Positions 27,901 to 56,496 of a stretch of 64,000 bases of DNA are shown here, piece by piece. Source of the stretch: Podarcis melisellensis (Eukaryota); the NCBI GenBank assembly GCA_964234715.1, contig OZ174280.1. The stretch is one strand, 5' to 3'. Below the pieces are notes generated by a model, which had not been told where the DNA came from, searched no databases, and worked only from the letters and a program-made list of their open reading frames with translations. The translations under genes and the position numbers were made by a program. Position 1 is the first letter of the stretch; every line of letters starts with the position of its first letter.

Positions 27901-28451
27901 AGTAGGTTTTCAGATGGTTTCTACCCTGTATTCATTTGGACTTGCTCAAGTCTTTTGCCAGTATTGCTCTAGCTATTGTCCTTCTTTATTACATCACTCC
28001 CTGCTCCCCCCCCAACCAAAAAAAGAAAAATCCCAGCGAGAGATCTCATGAGTAATTTTGTCCACTATTCAGGCCTTTTCCCCTTTTCAAAGGCGGACCA
28101 GTGCTTTAACAGGATTGCCTCTTGAAGTGAAAGGCAAGCCTCCAAGAACCATCAGCTGATGGGCCGTTTTAATTGGTGCCTCACACCAGCAGAGGTTTGG
28201 AGCCTCAGTAAGCTTAAACCCTACCATGATGATGGGACTGTAGCACTACCACTGAGACTATACCTTAGCTCAAGAGTGGAGGTTAATGGGCAGCACGGTA
28301 CACCAGCAAAACCCATATTCTGTCCTAAATACACACCTTAGATAGACACAATCTAAACGGGAAGACAGTTCTTGGGCACCTGGGTCAGTGGGTAGAATAA
28401 TGATAGATAGACCACTGTGACTCCAATCCCTCTCTCCTTCCAGGTCTTGCG

Positions 28452-28567
28452 ACTGATGAAGTGAGCTGTCATCCATGAAAGCTTGTAACATAATAAATTG
28501 GTTAATTTTTAAGATGTCACAAGAATCTTTGTTTTTGCTGCAAATGACTAACATGCCTACCCCTCAG
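28452..28567 (+). mobile_element. Penelope-like element terminal fragment with degenerate hammerhead ribozyme core
   Basis: CTGATGA-AGTGAG...-GAAAGCTT followed by AATAAATTGGTTA...TAAGATGTCACAAG...GACTAACA, matching recalled reptilian Penelope-like termini. Confidence 0.6.
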
Positions 28568-29452
28568 ATATGTTTAAAATAGAATACTTTTTTCAAGACA
28601 GTAATTCTAAACTTAGATTTTAAATGTGATTTTAAAATGTTTTTGTTCATGCTGCTTGATTTTAGTTCTCCCTTCCTAGGGCTTTAACAATATACACACA
28701 TCCGGCTATCCGCTAGCCGAAGATTCACTTAGTCACACATAAAGAATTATGCCCAAACCTGCTGTACACTTTCCAGATTCACTTATCCAAACAAACAACA
28801 TCCTTGTTTGTGCTTTGCTGGTTGGTGGCAGCCATTTTTGGGTAGAAACCACAGAAAGAGGGCTGGGAGGTGGGGCAAGATAGGACAAATCAGAGAGTAA
28901 GAGAGAGTGGACAAATCGGGGAGCAGGTGAGATCAGATAAATCCGTTTCCCCCCTTTCTCTTGCTGATTGGCTGCAGCCATTTCAGGAAAAAACCATGGA
29001 GAGAAATGGGGAAAGGTTGGAAAATCCTGCATTAGAAATATTTTCATAGGAAATAGAGTAAATTGTAGATCTGGAATGTGAATGCTCGCCTAATGAACAA
29101 TTTCCAGAGAACACATTCCGTTTGTTAAGTGGGACCTGCATAGCAAAGTAGCAAATAACACCACCATCCATTGTGTAGTTATAGGATTATGCATTCCTAG
29201 AACCACAAATAAGAAGTCAATTTCGTATCGTGTGGAATACAGTGGATGAGGATCTTGCGTCTTGCTCAAATTAAATACAAGTTCACTTTGCAGAGTAAGC
29301 ACCTAACATATTTCCCACTCCTTTATAAAAACTATAAAAACTTGTTTCTGCCTTGTTCTGTGACCTTAGGAGCTATTCCTTCCTTTGAAAAGAATTACTT
29401 GCTTCTGAAGTGTAGCATACTTCATACGAATGTAGTATTTCTTGTACAAAAT

Positions 29453-29612
29453 GGTAAAGGTAAAGGGACCCCTGACCATTAGGTCCAGTCATGGACGACT
29501 CTGGGGTTGCGGCGCTCATCTCGCTTTACTGGCCAAGGGAGCCGACGTACAGCTTCCGGGTCATGTGGCCAGCATGACTAAGCTGCTTCTGGCGAATCAG
29601 AGCATTGCACGG
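29453..29612 (-). mobile_element. Sauria SINE (3' half)
   Basis: GGTAAAGGTAAAGGGACCCCTGACCATTAGGTCCAGTC...GGGTCATGTGGCCAGCATGACTAAG is the reverse complement of the Sauria SINE 3' region with its (TTTACC)n tail. Confidence 0.85.
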
Positions 29613-31514
29613 TATCTTACCTTTAAACCCTTTCCTTTTTTCTACTGTAATAATATGCCTAGGGGAATATGTTTTGAGGTCTGCATAGCGTTAAAGAGAA
29701 GCTTATATATTCATCTTATCAAAGGCAGCAATTATTTAAAACTGAATGAACATAGTAGCAATTAAAGGAATTGCATAATATAAAAGAAAGATGACAGAGC
29801 TTAACTTTCAGATTGTTGGTGGACAATTGCAACCATACTGGCCCCGCTTCCAATAACAAATTGCACATTTGCAGAGAAGGTTTTAACCTAGGCACCCTGG
29901 TATTCTAGCTTTCTATTTGTAGGGAGTTTCTCCTTAATTGTGGGGGCGTATTGAGACATTGGCTCAGTCAACATGTAATGCTAAGTCTAATCATGGCTTG
30001 GCGCTAAGGTGCAGTTCTTGAGAATAGATAATGTCTGCTTTGCTTGTCCTCACTGGTACTGCTGCTGTGTTACTGTGAGCTAAGCCACAATTTGGCTTAG
30101 TGCATCATCTGAACCTGGACATGTGGTTTGTCTCACTCCAGACAAATCACAAGCTGTAACCACCAGTGTATTTGCTGAAATGATGCAACTGATGCAACAT
30201 AGGAAGTTGCCGATAGTATTTATGTATTTATTTATGTTCTGCATTTTACACAAATACATTGCGCTCAAAGTGGTCCATAAAAGACAATTTAAATACAATA
30301 GCACAAATAATAACACACTAGATTATACCACTGATCATCTACTTTAGTTTGTGAGCAAGAAAGAGAAGATGTATGTTTTCTTTAATAGGAAGAATAAAGT
30401 ATTCTTTGTTCTTCTAATGCAAGCTTTCATATATTGCTTCTGTTTGTGTGAATGGTTTTTAATTGTATGTATTCTCTACAGATTCTGTGATCAGACCTTG
30501 ATCATACAGCTTTTATATCAATATAAAATTTAATTGTACTTTATGTTCCCTTAATACCATATGCTAATAATTCAGTATGCACTGACAATTGGATTAGAGC
30601 TTTCGAAGTGAGTAGTTTCTCTTGTTAGCTTACCTAAAACTTAGGTCTGACTTGGATAAGTATTCTTACATTATTGCTGTGATCAGTTTCTGAGCTGGCT
30701 ATGTGTGAGAGCAAGACAGGCAAAAATAGCTTGATTTATTTTAGTGCTTACTCTGCACTTTTACATTAGAGGAGCCATGAAACTGGCTTACAAAATTTAT
30801 TGAAAGGGGACCTTTTAATTTAAAAAAAAATATATTAAAAGCATCTAATCACAATCAAACATCTGAAGCAAAATTTAGAACCGATATAACCAAACCGTCT
30901 GCCTGGATAGACTTGCCAAAAGAGAACAGTTTTCAATAGGCATCAAAAGGAGTATAGTGATGGTTCTAGCTTAATGTCAGTAGTGAGCTGCAAAGTATAG
31001 GTGCCAGAGGAAGACTCCTTACAAACGCAGAAAGGATATTGTATGTCGCTAGCAGAAGTGCCTCTTTTGCAGATCAAAGTGAAACTGCACGCATGAGGTA
31101 TGACAATCCCTTAAGTAAACCGGTTCCAAACAGTTAAGAACTTTATATACCAATAAGAACAACTCAGGCTGGTAGTGAACTGGCAGTCAGTGCAGATCTT
31201 CAAGCACAGGTGTAATATGCCAACAGACTCCTGTCAGCAATCATGCCGCTGCATTTTGCACTAACTGCAGTTTCGGGACAAAAACGAGAAATCTCATATA
31301 GAGGACATTGCAGTCGACTAGCCTTGAAGTTACATGCTCTTAAAGCAATAGTCCGTTGAAAAGGATGAATGTGGATGAAACAGGCTTTACTCAGCCTGTA
31401 CCAACACAAAACATAGGATCGACATTGACCTGCCAGAAATCTCGCCGGATCCAAGTTGAGCCATTAGGCTTGAGGACCAATACAATAAGGCTACACCATA
31501 ATTCCACAGTATTC

Positions 31515-32062
31515 TAACTCAGCCTAGGACCCTCATACCTACGGGACTGCCTCTCCTGGTACGCCCCCTGGAGGACCTTATGGTCTGCAAATAATAACAC
31601 CTTGGAGATCCCGGGCCTCAAAGAGATTAGGCTGGCCTTGACCAGGACCAGGGCCTTTTCGGCCTTGGCCCCAGCCTGGTGGAACACTGTGTCACAAGAA
31701 ACCAGGGCCCTGTGGGATCTGACATCTTTCCGCAGGGCCTGCAAGATGGAGTTGTTCTGACAGGCCTTTGGTCAGGGCTCAGCCTGACTCCCCTTTTCTT
31801 TTTGTATAAGAACTAATTTGAAAGAGGCCTCCCACCATTCTCACAGGCCCATATAAGATAATCGATGAGCACTTAAATTTCCTAACCCTAACCCTGCAGA
31901 AAGTCATCTAATTAGATTTTAATTTGATTTTGACATGTTTTTAGGAGGTAATTTAATTATTGTTTGATTTTATACCAAGGTTATATATCTGATGTTAGCC
32001 ACCCTGAGCCCGACTTCGGCTGGGGAGGGCAGGATATAAATAAAAGTTTATTGTTGTTGTTG
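31515..32062 (+). mobile_element. L2-clade LINE 3' fragment
   Basis: Degenerate ORF2 C-terminus (GPSYLRDCL...RAFSALAPAWWN) and 3' end GCCACCCTGAG...GGGAGGGCAGGATATAAATAAA with a (TTG)n tail. Confidence 0.75.
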
Positions 32063-32689
32063 TATGTTGCATCCTGCTTTCTTTTGGGCAGTTGCACCTT
32101 CCTGGGAGTGGTATTGTATTGTTGGATTAAAGAAATTGTGCAAATTTGACATCAGTGAGGCTGCCTATTCTTTTAGCACACTGCCCTTATTCTGCCTGGG
32201 CTGCATTATGTTTATCCCTATTAGCTGAAAACGAATTCGGCTGGTGAATTCATCTGTCCCTGGCGAGTTGAGAGAAATGCTCCTCCCATGCCAGCCATGC
32301 AACAAATTCAGAGTAAATACTTCAGACATCTGACAAGTATTGTGTAACCTTAGGCTTATTAAAAATCCTTATCCCCAGGTATATTGTCGTTCCTTCTTGT
32401 GGTACCTTTTCTTATCCGAACCCTAGTCAAGCTATTCTGTATGTAATCAACACCATCTATAAACACTACTGATTTCTGTATCTGAGGCTCCAGGGTTGCT
32501 GTGTTCGTTCTGTCCCATGATTCCCCTATGGAAGATTGTGAGCTGTGGGAGAGAGGAAGGGGATAATTCCAGGGAGACCTGTGGGACTGCCTGAAAAGCA
32601 AACAACACAGGATCAGGAATTGTATCTTTGTGGTTGAGATGTTATATACAGGAGGGTTTTATTAAAGGACTTGACCAAACCATCAAAGA

Positions 32690-32858
32690 GGAAGGGGCAT
32701 AGCTCATTGGTAGAACATCTGCTTTGCATGCAGAAGGTCTCAGGTACAATCCTGATCATCTCCAGGTATGGCTAGGAATGTTAATCCTGCTGTCGGTCAG
32801 TGTAGACAGGAAGGTGCTAATTGTCCTGTTTTAGTGTATGGCAGCTTCCTAATTTTCC
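32690..32858 (+). mobile_element. Squam3-like tRNA-Ala-derived SINE
   Basis: GGAAGGGGCATAGCTCATTGGTAGAACATCTGCTTTGCATGCAGAAGGTC...GTCAGTGTAGAC...GGCAGCTTCCT. Confidence 0.7.
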
Positions 32859-35096
32859 AGAGGCTGAAAATTGCTCCTCTTATGAGACTCCATAGTGGCG
32901 ATACTAAAGCAAATGCAAAGGATGATTGGAGATAAGCTGGTGGCATACTTCAATCCAGGCAGAAAGATTTACCAACAAGCTATTCCCAGGGCTTTCATAT
33001 TATGTGGACACAACTCAAAACAGCAAACAGTATCATCACCCACCACTAGAAACCAATAGGCTATTGAATCCAGTCACTGGGAAGAGCATTGTAAGATGTT
33101 CCAGGTAAAATGGTCAACACAAGTAGAAGCTATCAGGGGCCTTATCTATATAACCTGACCCAAGGTGGGTGAACTTCTGCTGGATGGACACATCCTGGTT
33201 TATACCTCTGCAGAAAGAAATGTTGCAAAAGGACACTTGAATATTACCTGGAAGTGACATTCATGGGTAGCTTGTAATATTTAAAGCACCCTTTGCAAAA
33301 CCTAATGCCCTCCACATGTTTTGGGCTGCAACTCTCACCAGCCCGCTAGTTAGAATGCAAGATTGCTTAGTCCAGCCTGCCTTGGGCAGCACCATAGTAA
33401 ATTGTAGAATGACCAGGCAATCTCAGACAAGAGTTTGATCAGTGGCTGGAAAGAAGATGAGTTTTCTCTGCTTCACTGCTGTTATTGCCCTAACTTGGGG
33501 GTGATTTTCAAAGAAAAGTTCTGGTTGAGTGTCCCTTGCCTTCTGAGCAGTAGCACTTGTGGTGAATTTCCTTCCTTTTAGGGTGGGCAGAAGATAGATC
33601 TGTGTCTGCTGGTAGATCTCAGGACATTCTACAAGAATTTCTGACTCTCAGTTGCTTGAAAAAAGCAGTAACAGAATTAACAAGTGCTGCCAACACATTA
33701 TACTGCTGGAATGAAGAAAGGTTGGGAAACCTGTGTGGAAGGACTGTGAGCTTTGTTCGATTCAGGCTCTCAAAATGAGTTCCTAGGCTCTGAATTCTTT
33801 AATTCTTAGTGTGTGTGTTTCAAGGATCTTGGGGTTCTAGTAAAAAAGCAAGATCCCACAAGCCTGAAGTCTGCCAGTACCTGATGTAGGTGAGTTGCAG
33901 GCTACTTCCTTCTAGCAGTGCCATTGGGAAAGTAGCTAATGCTTTTTTAAGTGAGAGGAGAATGGGAACTTTGCAACTCATTTAAACTTGGTTAACTGCA
34001 AGGGATAGCAGATTTGCCTGGAACCAGCATAAACCGATAATAGTGTGATTTAAGAAAAGGACATTTTTGAAGAAACATAACTGGCTTGGGACTATATGGC
34101 AAATATAACAACAGATGTACTGAGTTTTGTGTTGCGTCCATTTATGTTTGTATGCTATTGAAATTTTGAATAAAAATGCTTTTTTTAAAAAGGAACATAG
34201 CTATTCTGCCAAGGCATATGCTTTCAGATTAATTGTCGTCTGGTGCTGCTATGAGAGGGAAGATAGGTTTTGGTGAAGTCTTTCCCTTCCACCTTTCCAG
34301 TGTGGGAGTTCTGAAAGAAAGTGAAGATCTATGAGGCTCTGAAACTAGAACAAACTGGCAGGGTTGAATCTGCCATTCCATGAAGTATGAACAAATCTAG
34401 CAGGGCCTCAAACCTATTTAGCCCCTTTCATCTGTTGGATTACAAACCAATCAGAGATATCTGCCTGTCAGACCCTGATACCTCCTCTGAGTGTGCATAG
34501 TCACGTGATTTGAGTGCCTGTCTTATAGAAGGTGTCCTGTTTGCCCAGAGGCTTCCTTTTCTTTTGGATATTTCTGAACTTGTGGATGATTATTACTTAT
34601 GAATCGCCTTTTGTATTTGTGTGAGAAAGTGATTTGCAGTCGTATCACAGGAGTAATGAGTGATGGTCTTATGGCATCTGCTTATCATGTCCTGACTTTG
34701 CCAGTTGTGGAGGCAATGTGTGAAGGAGTGTGAGCTACAAGGAATGAAACATGAACAATGGGTGTCCAGTAAAAAAAATGGAGACAAAACAAAGGGTGTT
34801 TTGGAGACAAAACAAACGTTAACTGTTCTTGGGACCTTCTGTTGCTCTTGCACCTTCTCAGGTGTGCACAGCTATTCTTTGCAGTGGTTTGGGAAGCCTA
34901 AATGGTGTCCCCACACAATCCTTTTTTACATCAGCTAAATTTAGATGCATGAAAGGGTTGGTTGGGCCAGGTGTTGCTTCTGTAGCATCTGAAGCAGGGC
35001 TACATCTCTTCCTGCTTACCTTCCATTGACATTAGTGTGAAACTGATGTGCAGATTATCACATTTTGCATTTGGTCCATTTGAATGTTACACTACA

Positions 35097-35873
35097 TGTT
35101 GTGGTTCGAGGACCCGATCCCCGCATAGTGGAATGAAAACACACGGACACGTGATATAAGGTTAATGGGCAAGAAAAGGCCACAACTTTATTGATTACAG
35201 CAAGTGAAAAGGTATTAGCTTAGGCATTGGATCACGTCAGTTGACTCCACCCACTCAGAGAGGGGTGAGTCTAAAACAAGGGGGTTGATTCACCAGTAGG
35301 TGAAGCCTGTTGATGCTAATCCAACTATAAGCTCCCCCTGATGTCACCGAGGGTCGTGCCATGGCCTCCCGCCACACAGGCATCGGACAGAATACACGAC
35401 CTCCGGATTCCTTTAACGGAATACCCAAAATTGAAGGCGTAGGCGATGGCCACACCTAGCCCTTCCACACATCACAAACACATTATTCCAATGCCTAACC
35501 TACCCACCAATACCACGAAAGTTGTGACGATTGCTACGAGGTAGGCGAAAAAACCACAAAGCCTAATGCCAAATGGAAAAATTCCTACCAGGCCCCCCAG
35601 ACAACCAGGGCGACCAACCTAAGGCCCATAGCAAGGCCAAGAGAAAAACTGAAACCCTGAGCTCTAAGGGAGTGGATGGTGGGTTACTCGCCACGGGACG
35701 GCGAAAAGTGAGGGCCGCGTGGCTGGCGCAGCAGCGAGTTAAGCTGCAGTCCACGCCCCTTCCAAGGCACCTGGTTGGGCGCTTGCCCGTGGGCGTGATG
35801 CGCCAGCCAGGTGAGTGGGTGGCAGGGGGCTAACGCCCCCTTCTTGAGGCGGAGCTCAGCTCCCGCCCACAAC
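35097..35873 (-). mobile_element. CpG-rich LTR/DIRS-like element, family uncertain
   Basis: Termini TGTTGTGG...CCACAAC form a short inverted repeat; minus-strand AATAAAGTTGTGGCC; CpG-rich relative to flanks; no clear TSD. Confidence 0.5.
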
Positions 35874-36296
35874 CCCTCCCCTCATTTGCAGGAGGAGAGG
35901 CTTTTTTGCAGGGAAATATGCATGTGTACAAGCAAAGTGCAGCTTCATGCAGTTTTCATGTTCTAGAAAACCTGACTGAAGCAACCCGAACACCATCGTA
36001 TTAAATGGCATTTGGCCAAATCTTTCTGCGAGTGTCAGACAAGTAGTTAAAGCAGTGTATCGTATCTGATCATTACTTTTTTATTTCTTTATTTTATTTT
36101 TGGAGGAAAATGTATTTAGCTTTATGGTCTGTTAAGACAAGAGAATACATGGCAGTCCAAAGAAAGTATTAGGAAACTAAAACAGTTTGCAGGGATGAAA
36201 TTTTCTGAAGATTTGTTGTGATTCTGTATGCATATTTTTTACTATTATGACCTAATTGTTTAATGAGTATTCAACATTCTCCTTTCACTCTGTTGA

Positions 36297-50770
<14,474 letters not shown>

Positions 50771-52629
50771 AGCACAATACCTTTCATTTACAAGGAAAAA
50801 AATACTGCATATAGAGCTTTCCAGTGAATAGTCCTGTCCCCTATATATTACTCTGCATTCAAAACAATATTTCTGTACTTCCAACATATACAGGGAATAT
50901 GATATACTTGCAGACAATATATAGGAATACTAGTGCTCTTGGCAGTTCTTATTAGAAAACTGACGAATACCTTATGGCCAAATCCATTTGCATTCTGTCC
51001 ATGCTGTGCAGCACACAATCCTAGTGAAGAGTCTTGGGTTTGTTTGTTTTTTAAAAGTCAAGAACCTAGCCCTTGATTTAAAAGAAAGCTTTTTTAATTT
51101 TAATTTTTCTGCTGAAGTCGCAGAACCCGAATGGAGCTTGGGACATGGCTTTCACAAAATGGCTGCTAATGCTTGCTTCTGTCCTTTGTTGATTTATATC
51201 CCATTCCCATATTATTATTTAATCTGCTCAACCCTTCACTGCATTTTTTAGTCAGTTGTGAAGGTTCATTCATAACAAATTATGAAAACACCAAATATTT
51301 GTACTAAAATTACAAAAAAAAACTTAAAGGGAAAAAAATGGCCAGGTATTCACGCAGCTCACTAAAAAGAATTGTCTTGTGAGTGGTTGCTTCTCTCAGT
51401 TTAGAATGTATTTGAAATCTAGCTGCTATAAAGTTTACATATATAGTTATATATTGCTTACCATGTATTGCTGGATGGTCTCTTCTGTGTCTAGAAAGAG
51501 AAATCATTTTGCATTGATATATACCAAAATCACTGATTGCCTTAATTTCTACTATGCCTTTATGGAATGCCAATGAATGTTTTAGTACTTTATTTACAAT
51601 GAAACCTTAAGCTTCAGGTCCCAAAATCAATTGCAAATCAAGAGATTCTTGCTTCAAAGGTGCTGTTTACATATAAAAATTCTTTCTCAAGGGCATTTTG
51701 GTCAGTGTGTTTCAAACTGGGCTGTGTACCGATATGCAGGGGAGAGCAAGTGAGATAATTTGTGTTTCTGTCTCTGAATTATCACTTAGGAAAAGGGATG
51801 TGTGTGGATGTACTGTTAAGCAACTGCTGCACTATCTGTCCCAGGTTTATTGCAATATTTACAATCCTGTAGTTTTATTTGTAGCAAAAGCTTGGATGCT
51901 TGCTTTAGGCAACATTATTTTAGCTGTATTGTTTATAAAATGTATTACATGCTTCCTACAGCTTTTGGATTTAAGCACTTTAAAACATCATATAAAATCT
52001 TTATTGGATTTAAGGAAAACAGTATATGGAGAACTTTAATATTTAATACTACCAACTATTACTAATTATTATTCCAAAATATAAGAAAATTACATTAGAG
52101 TAAAATCCCTGCACAATACCTAAATAGCCTCTTCTTTTGAAACTGCAATTTGATCCATGCATAAATTTGATCCTGTATAAATTAGATATACAAATTACAG
52201 ATGTTTCAATTAGAACTGCAATATTTATCATTTCAACAGCTATGTGAAATGTACACGTAGTTCTCCAGGAACAAAATATACAGTGAATACTACAAGCCTA
52301 GGACCTTCCTTTGCTGTTACTTCTGGTGGGTTACATGTGTTCAAGCAGTTTCTAAGAATGAGGTGGTAGATTTCTAAAGTGGGAGAATGGACCGTATCAC
52401 CAGACTGCATGTACAGTAAGTAGCATTCAGTGTTTTTAATGCTTCCTTGCATTTAAAAACAAAAACTAACAAACAATCTTCTTCCTGCAGGTAGAAAACT
52501 TAGCAGAGATTTCCTTTAAAAAATTATCTGAGGTAACATTTTAAAATGACACCTCCTCCAAGCATTCTGAAATAGTATAATTCCTGTTGCCACCTCAGAA
52601 TGCTGTTCTGTTGCAGGTATATGCTACAC

Positions 52630-52764
52630 CAGGCTTCCTCAACCTTGGCCCTCCTGATGTTTTTGGCCTACAACTCCCATGATCCCTAGCTAGCAGGACC
52701 AGTGGTCAGGGATGTTGGGAATTGTAGTCTCAAAACATCTGGAGGGCCAAGGTTGAGGAAGCTG
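52630..52764. mobile_element. Palindromic hAT-type MITE in or near the CPNE1 3'UTR
   Basis: CAGGCTTCCTCAACCTTGGCCCTCC...GGAGGGCCAAGGTTGAGGAAGCTG long inverted arms with CTACAACTCCCA/TGGGAATTGTAG. Confidence 0.8.
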
Positions 52765-52862
52765 CATCTGTTACAATTGAAAGTTATCCATTTCTGAACT
52801 TTAAGAAAGATGCTATGTGCAGACGAATTAAACTCTAATGTGATTATTATTTTCTTCAGTAC

Positions 52863-54075
52863 AATAAAAGTGATAATGCATTATGATGAAAGCTGCTTGC
52901 TTCTTTTTCTTCTTCTTGATTTGTATAAACCACTGCGATACAATGCTTACATTGCTTTACCACTTATTTCTGTCATTCACATTTCCATTTTGCAGATAGT
53001 GACTTTTCCAAAGCTAAACAGTAATTTACTGGCTGAACAGGTACTTTTTGAACTCAAACGCTGGTCTGTACTGGAGTATGTTGAAGTCTGAAATGCTTGT
53101 GCCTTTCCTTATGAAAGCTGCCATTCTTTTATAGCGGTCCTGATTTTCTGCAGATGTCAATGTAGTCAATACTTTTGGTGCCTAGGGCACAACATTGGTT
53201 TTTCTCCTGGAGTAACAGGAGAAGCACACACCATTTAACATTCAGAAACATAAATATTCTTAATCAGTTCTGTGGAAAATTGGGAGGTATACCTCTTGCA
53301 AATTGAGTTAATAATGCATCTTAGCATCTTGCTCTCCTTTTAGCCAAGTGCTTTTTGAGCAATTGTGATGCTTTGTGGGTAGCTATAGTGTGAGCTGTGT
53401 GTTATTTTGCAGTATACTAGTGTGCCCTATTGGCACATAGTTTGGTAATCCCCAATACTATACGCCAGAATATATGTATGACTAGCTCTCCAGATAATGC
53501 TGTTTATGGATCTACCCCAGTATTGTTGACTCTGACTTGCAACATCTCTTTAAGGTCTCAGGCAGAGGTCTTTCTCATCTGATCCTTTAACTAGAAATTT
53601 TGGTGATTGAACCTGGAACCTTCTGCATGCAAAGCAGATGCACTGCTACTAAACTATAGTCCCTTTTAAGACAGTCTTTATTGCAGCCAGAATAAGTTAT
53701 GCCTTTTGTACATCATGGCTGTAGCAGTCTGGGGGTCTCTTTATCAGTTCTTGCTGGTCTGGCAGAATTCAGCTGGCATAACTGGCAGGGCCTTCTCATG
53801 GGAGAAATGCTACACACATACTGTTTCACTGGAAATATTATTGGCCAACTTGGAATGACAGCCTGGTTCTTTGGTAGAAAATGGAGTATTTTACCAAAGT
53901 AAGCTTTGCTTTTTTGGAAACTATTACATTGATATTCTATTGCACTGCTTGGTTTGGTTGATTAATGCCGAAAAGATTCAGTTCTTCATGTAAGAATTAT
54001 CATCTTGTGTACCACAAACTCCATTAAATTTCTTTATCAAACTCAAGGTGTCTTCAGTCTCTTAATTTTAATAAA
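52863..54075 (+). terminator. Candidate CPNE1 poly(A) signals (AATAAA at 52863 and 54070)
   Basis: Hexamers downstream of the CPNE1 stop; usage unknown. Confidence 0.35.
53520..53665 (-). mobile_element. Squam3-like SINE
   Basis: Reverse complement of the head seen at 32690 (GAACCTTCTGCATGCAAAGCAGATG...ACTAAACTATAGTCCCTT). Confidence 0.65.
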
Positions 54076-56496
54076 ATTTCACAAGTATAGATAGAAATTG
54101 ATGTTAAGGCTTCTTTGTTACTTGAAACCCCCATTACTATGTGCAAAGACTCTGTCATTACAAACTGTTAGGTTCTTATTGCAAAGGTTATTGGAGGGAG
54201 GGTCGCAGAGCTCCTCAGCACATCACTCTCATATTGACAAACACAGGAGCAATAATGCCCAAATGGGGGTAATGTCTTTTATGTTGGGCTATGTGTGCTC
54301 ATGTGTTAATTAAGTCATACACAAGGTGAGCAGAAGAGAGAGGTGTGACTTCCTTGCATTTAGGTGTGCTGCAAACTAAAAGGGGCACAGTAAGAAGCAC
54401 ATCTGAGCTGAGTGTATGCAGTTATCTGCCCACTAGTGGTGCTAAATTGCTAAGCTTAAAAGTTCCCCAAAATGTGATTTGACTTAGAGCTATTCTCAAT
54501 GGTGGTAAAGCCTGTAACACAGGATCCATGTTCCTCTGGTGCTGTGCACTTGTGACGCATGCAGCTGCCCTCCTACTTGGCTTATACCTCTAGCCTAACG
54601 GGGAGTGGTTGGAATGCAGTTACACAGCATATTTGTAGCCTACAGGCGCTTCAGTTTCCCCTTTTAATAGTCTTACCTCCAGTATGTGTAGAAGTCCTTA
54701 TAAACTTAATGTCATTCAAGTCAACCACGCAGTTCCTATTTGGCACAGCACTGGAGAAGTACTGAATCACAATCCTTGCGTCAATCAGGTTGCTTCAAGT
54801 TGCACGAGCTCCTATTTCTGCAAGGTAGCATTCGTTACCATTCTTTAAAAAAAATATATTCCTTGTCAGTATTCAGCAAGCAAGAGTACTAAAATAAAAA
54901 TCAGTAAAAATAACAATGCAGAGCCAATGTAAACCTGTTACACTGAGGTAGTCTGCAAAGGCGGCAAGATGGGTTGATCATTAGCTTAGATGGCTTTAAT
55001 ATGGGATTAGATAAATTCATGGAGGAGAGATCTATTATTCAGTTTTGGACTTGAGCTCACCAAGTTGTGATTTCAAACATCACCAAATTATATGGAAAAA
55101 AGCAGCTCACGAAATCAGTCCTAAAACTGATGTTTTTTGTTGAGAACCCAGATATAAGCAAGTCCTCTGTGCTACCCTGCTCCCTAGTAGGCAGCTGTTT
55201 GGCATACACAGAAGTGGTAACTCGTGACATCGCCCTTTTTCTCTTGATCATAAATCACACTCCACACACCCATGAGCTTTGTTTCCAGAAGGTGTAAACA
55301 CAAGAAAAAGAGAAAATTGCCTTAGGTATTCATTCCATGCCATATATAAATCATTACTGCTTGGCTCCAACACAGAAAGGGTGGACTGAGGGTTCATGTG
55401 CAATATGAAAACACACTTTGCCTAGATAAATCCCAGTGTGGCACAGCTATGTGCGGGAGGGGGGATGGGGGAGAAAACCAATTAAATTAAACTTCCGGGA
55501 GAGGGAGCCTCATGGCAGATTGATTTTCTCTCATCAGCGGTAGACTGATGAGAGATAACTGCTGAGTACTAGCCAGATACATTTATGACTGTGAACTCAC
55601 TTTGCAAGACTGGAATCTGGGGTAAGTGGTGTGAGGACGCAACAGCCATGCATCAATCCCAGTCCCTCAGACCTTGGAAAGCAGTGCAGAGCTGACTTGA
55701 GGAGGGCATCATGACCAGCATGCTTCCTCCCCCCCCCCCAAATGCACCCAGGGCAATCGCTCCAGAAGCGCCCCCACACACACACATGTTACACCCTGGT
55801 TATGTGTTGGGGGTAAAAGAGACCAAGAGGTCAGAAAGACCAAGCCCCTGCTGCAAAGCAGGACCATTCACAGACTGATTCCCAGCACATTGTCCCAACT
55901 ACACTGAGGTACAACCACAAGCAGGTTCAGTATAGGAAAATGTGTCTGCAAATTTGCAGCTCCTGATCTGATACCTTCTTCAATTCGTTCCTCAGAACAA
56001 ACAGCAGGGTCAGCCCAAGATATTTAGGCACCTGAGATGAACCACAAAATGGCGCCCCCTTCCCTGCCAGGGAATAAAGGGTGAATGAAGATCTACAACG
56101 GAATCTGCTACCTGAGGAGGTCACCTCACCTTCCCTCACAGGTGGGCCAGCCCTTGTGGCTAGAACTAACTAAAATATTGAGAGAGATTAAATGGTCTGA
56201 GAAAGAAACAGGACAGAATAATACTGTAAACATGTACATGACAAGGGAATTCATTTTCAAGTTTCTCAGCAAAGGAAGCAAACAGAATCTTGGAACTAAG
56301 CAGGAGGCAAGTCACATGTGCTCCACCTATTCTGTCAACAACTAGAAAAGAGAGGGGAAACACAATATGGACTGTGGGAAGTGTTGTTTATGGCACTCAA
56401 GCAGAAATTATGGAACCTCCAAATGTATTTAGGATTGGTGGTGAATTTATGTTATTCACTAGATATTCTAAATATATATGAAGAAATGATACTTAA

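Noticed and set aside
54427-54445. CTCF-like motif GCCCACTAGTGGTGCTA
   Set aside because: One base short of the core spacing; not supportable without ChIP or PWM scoring.
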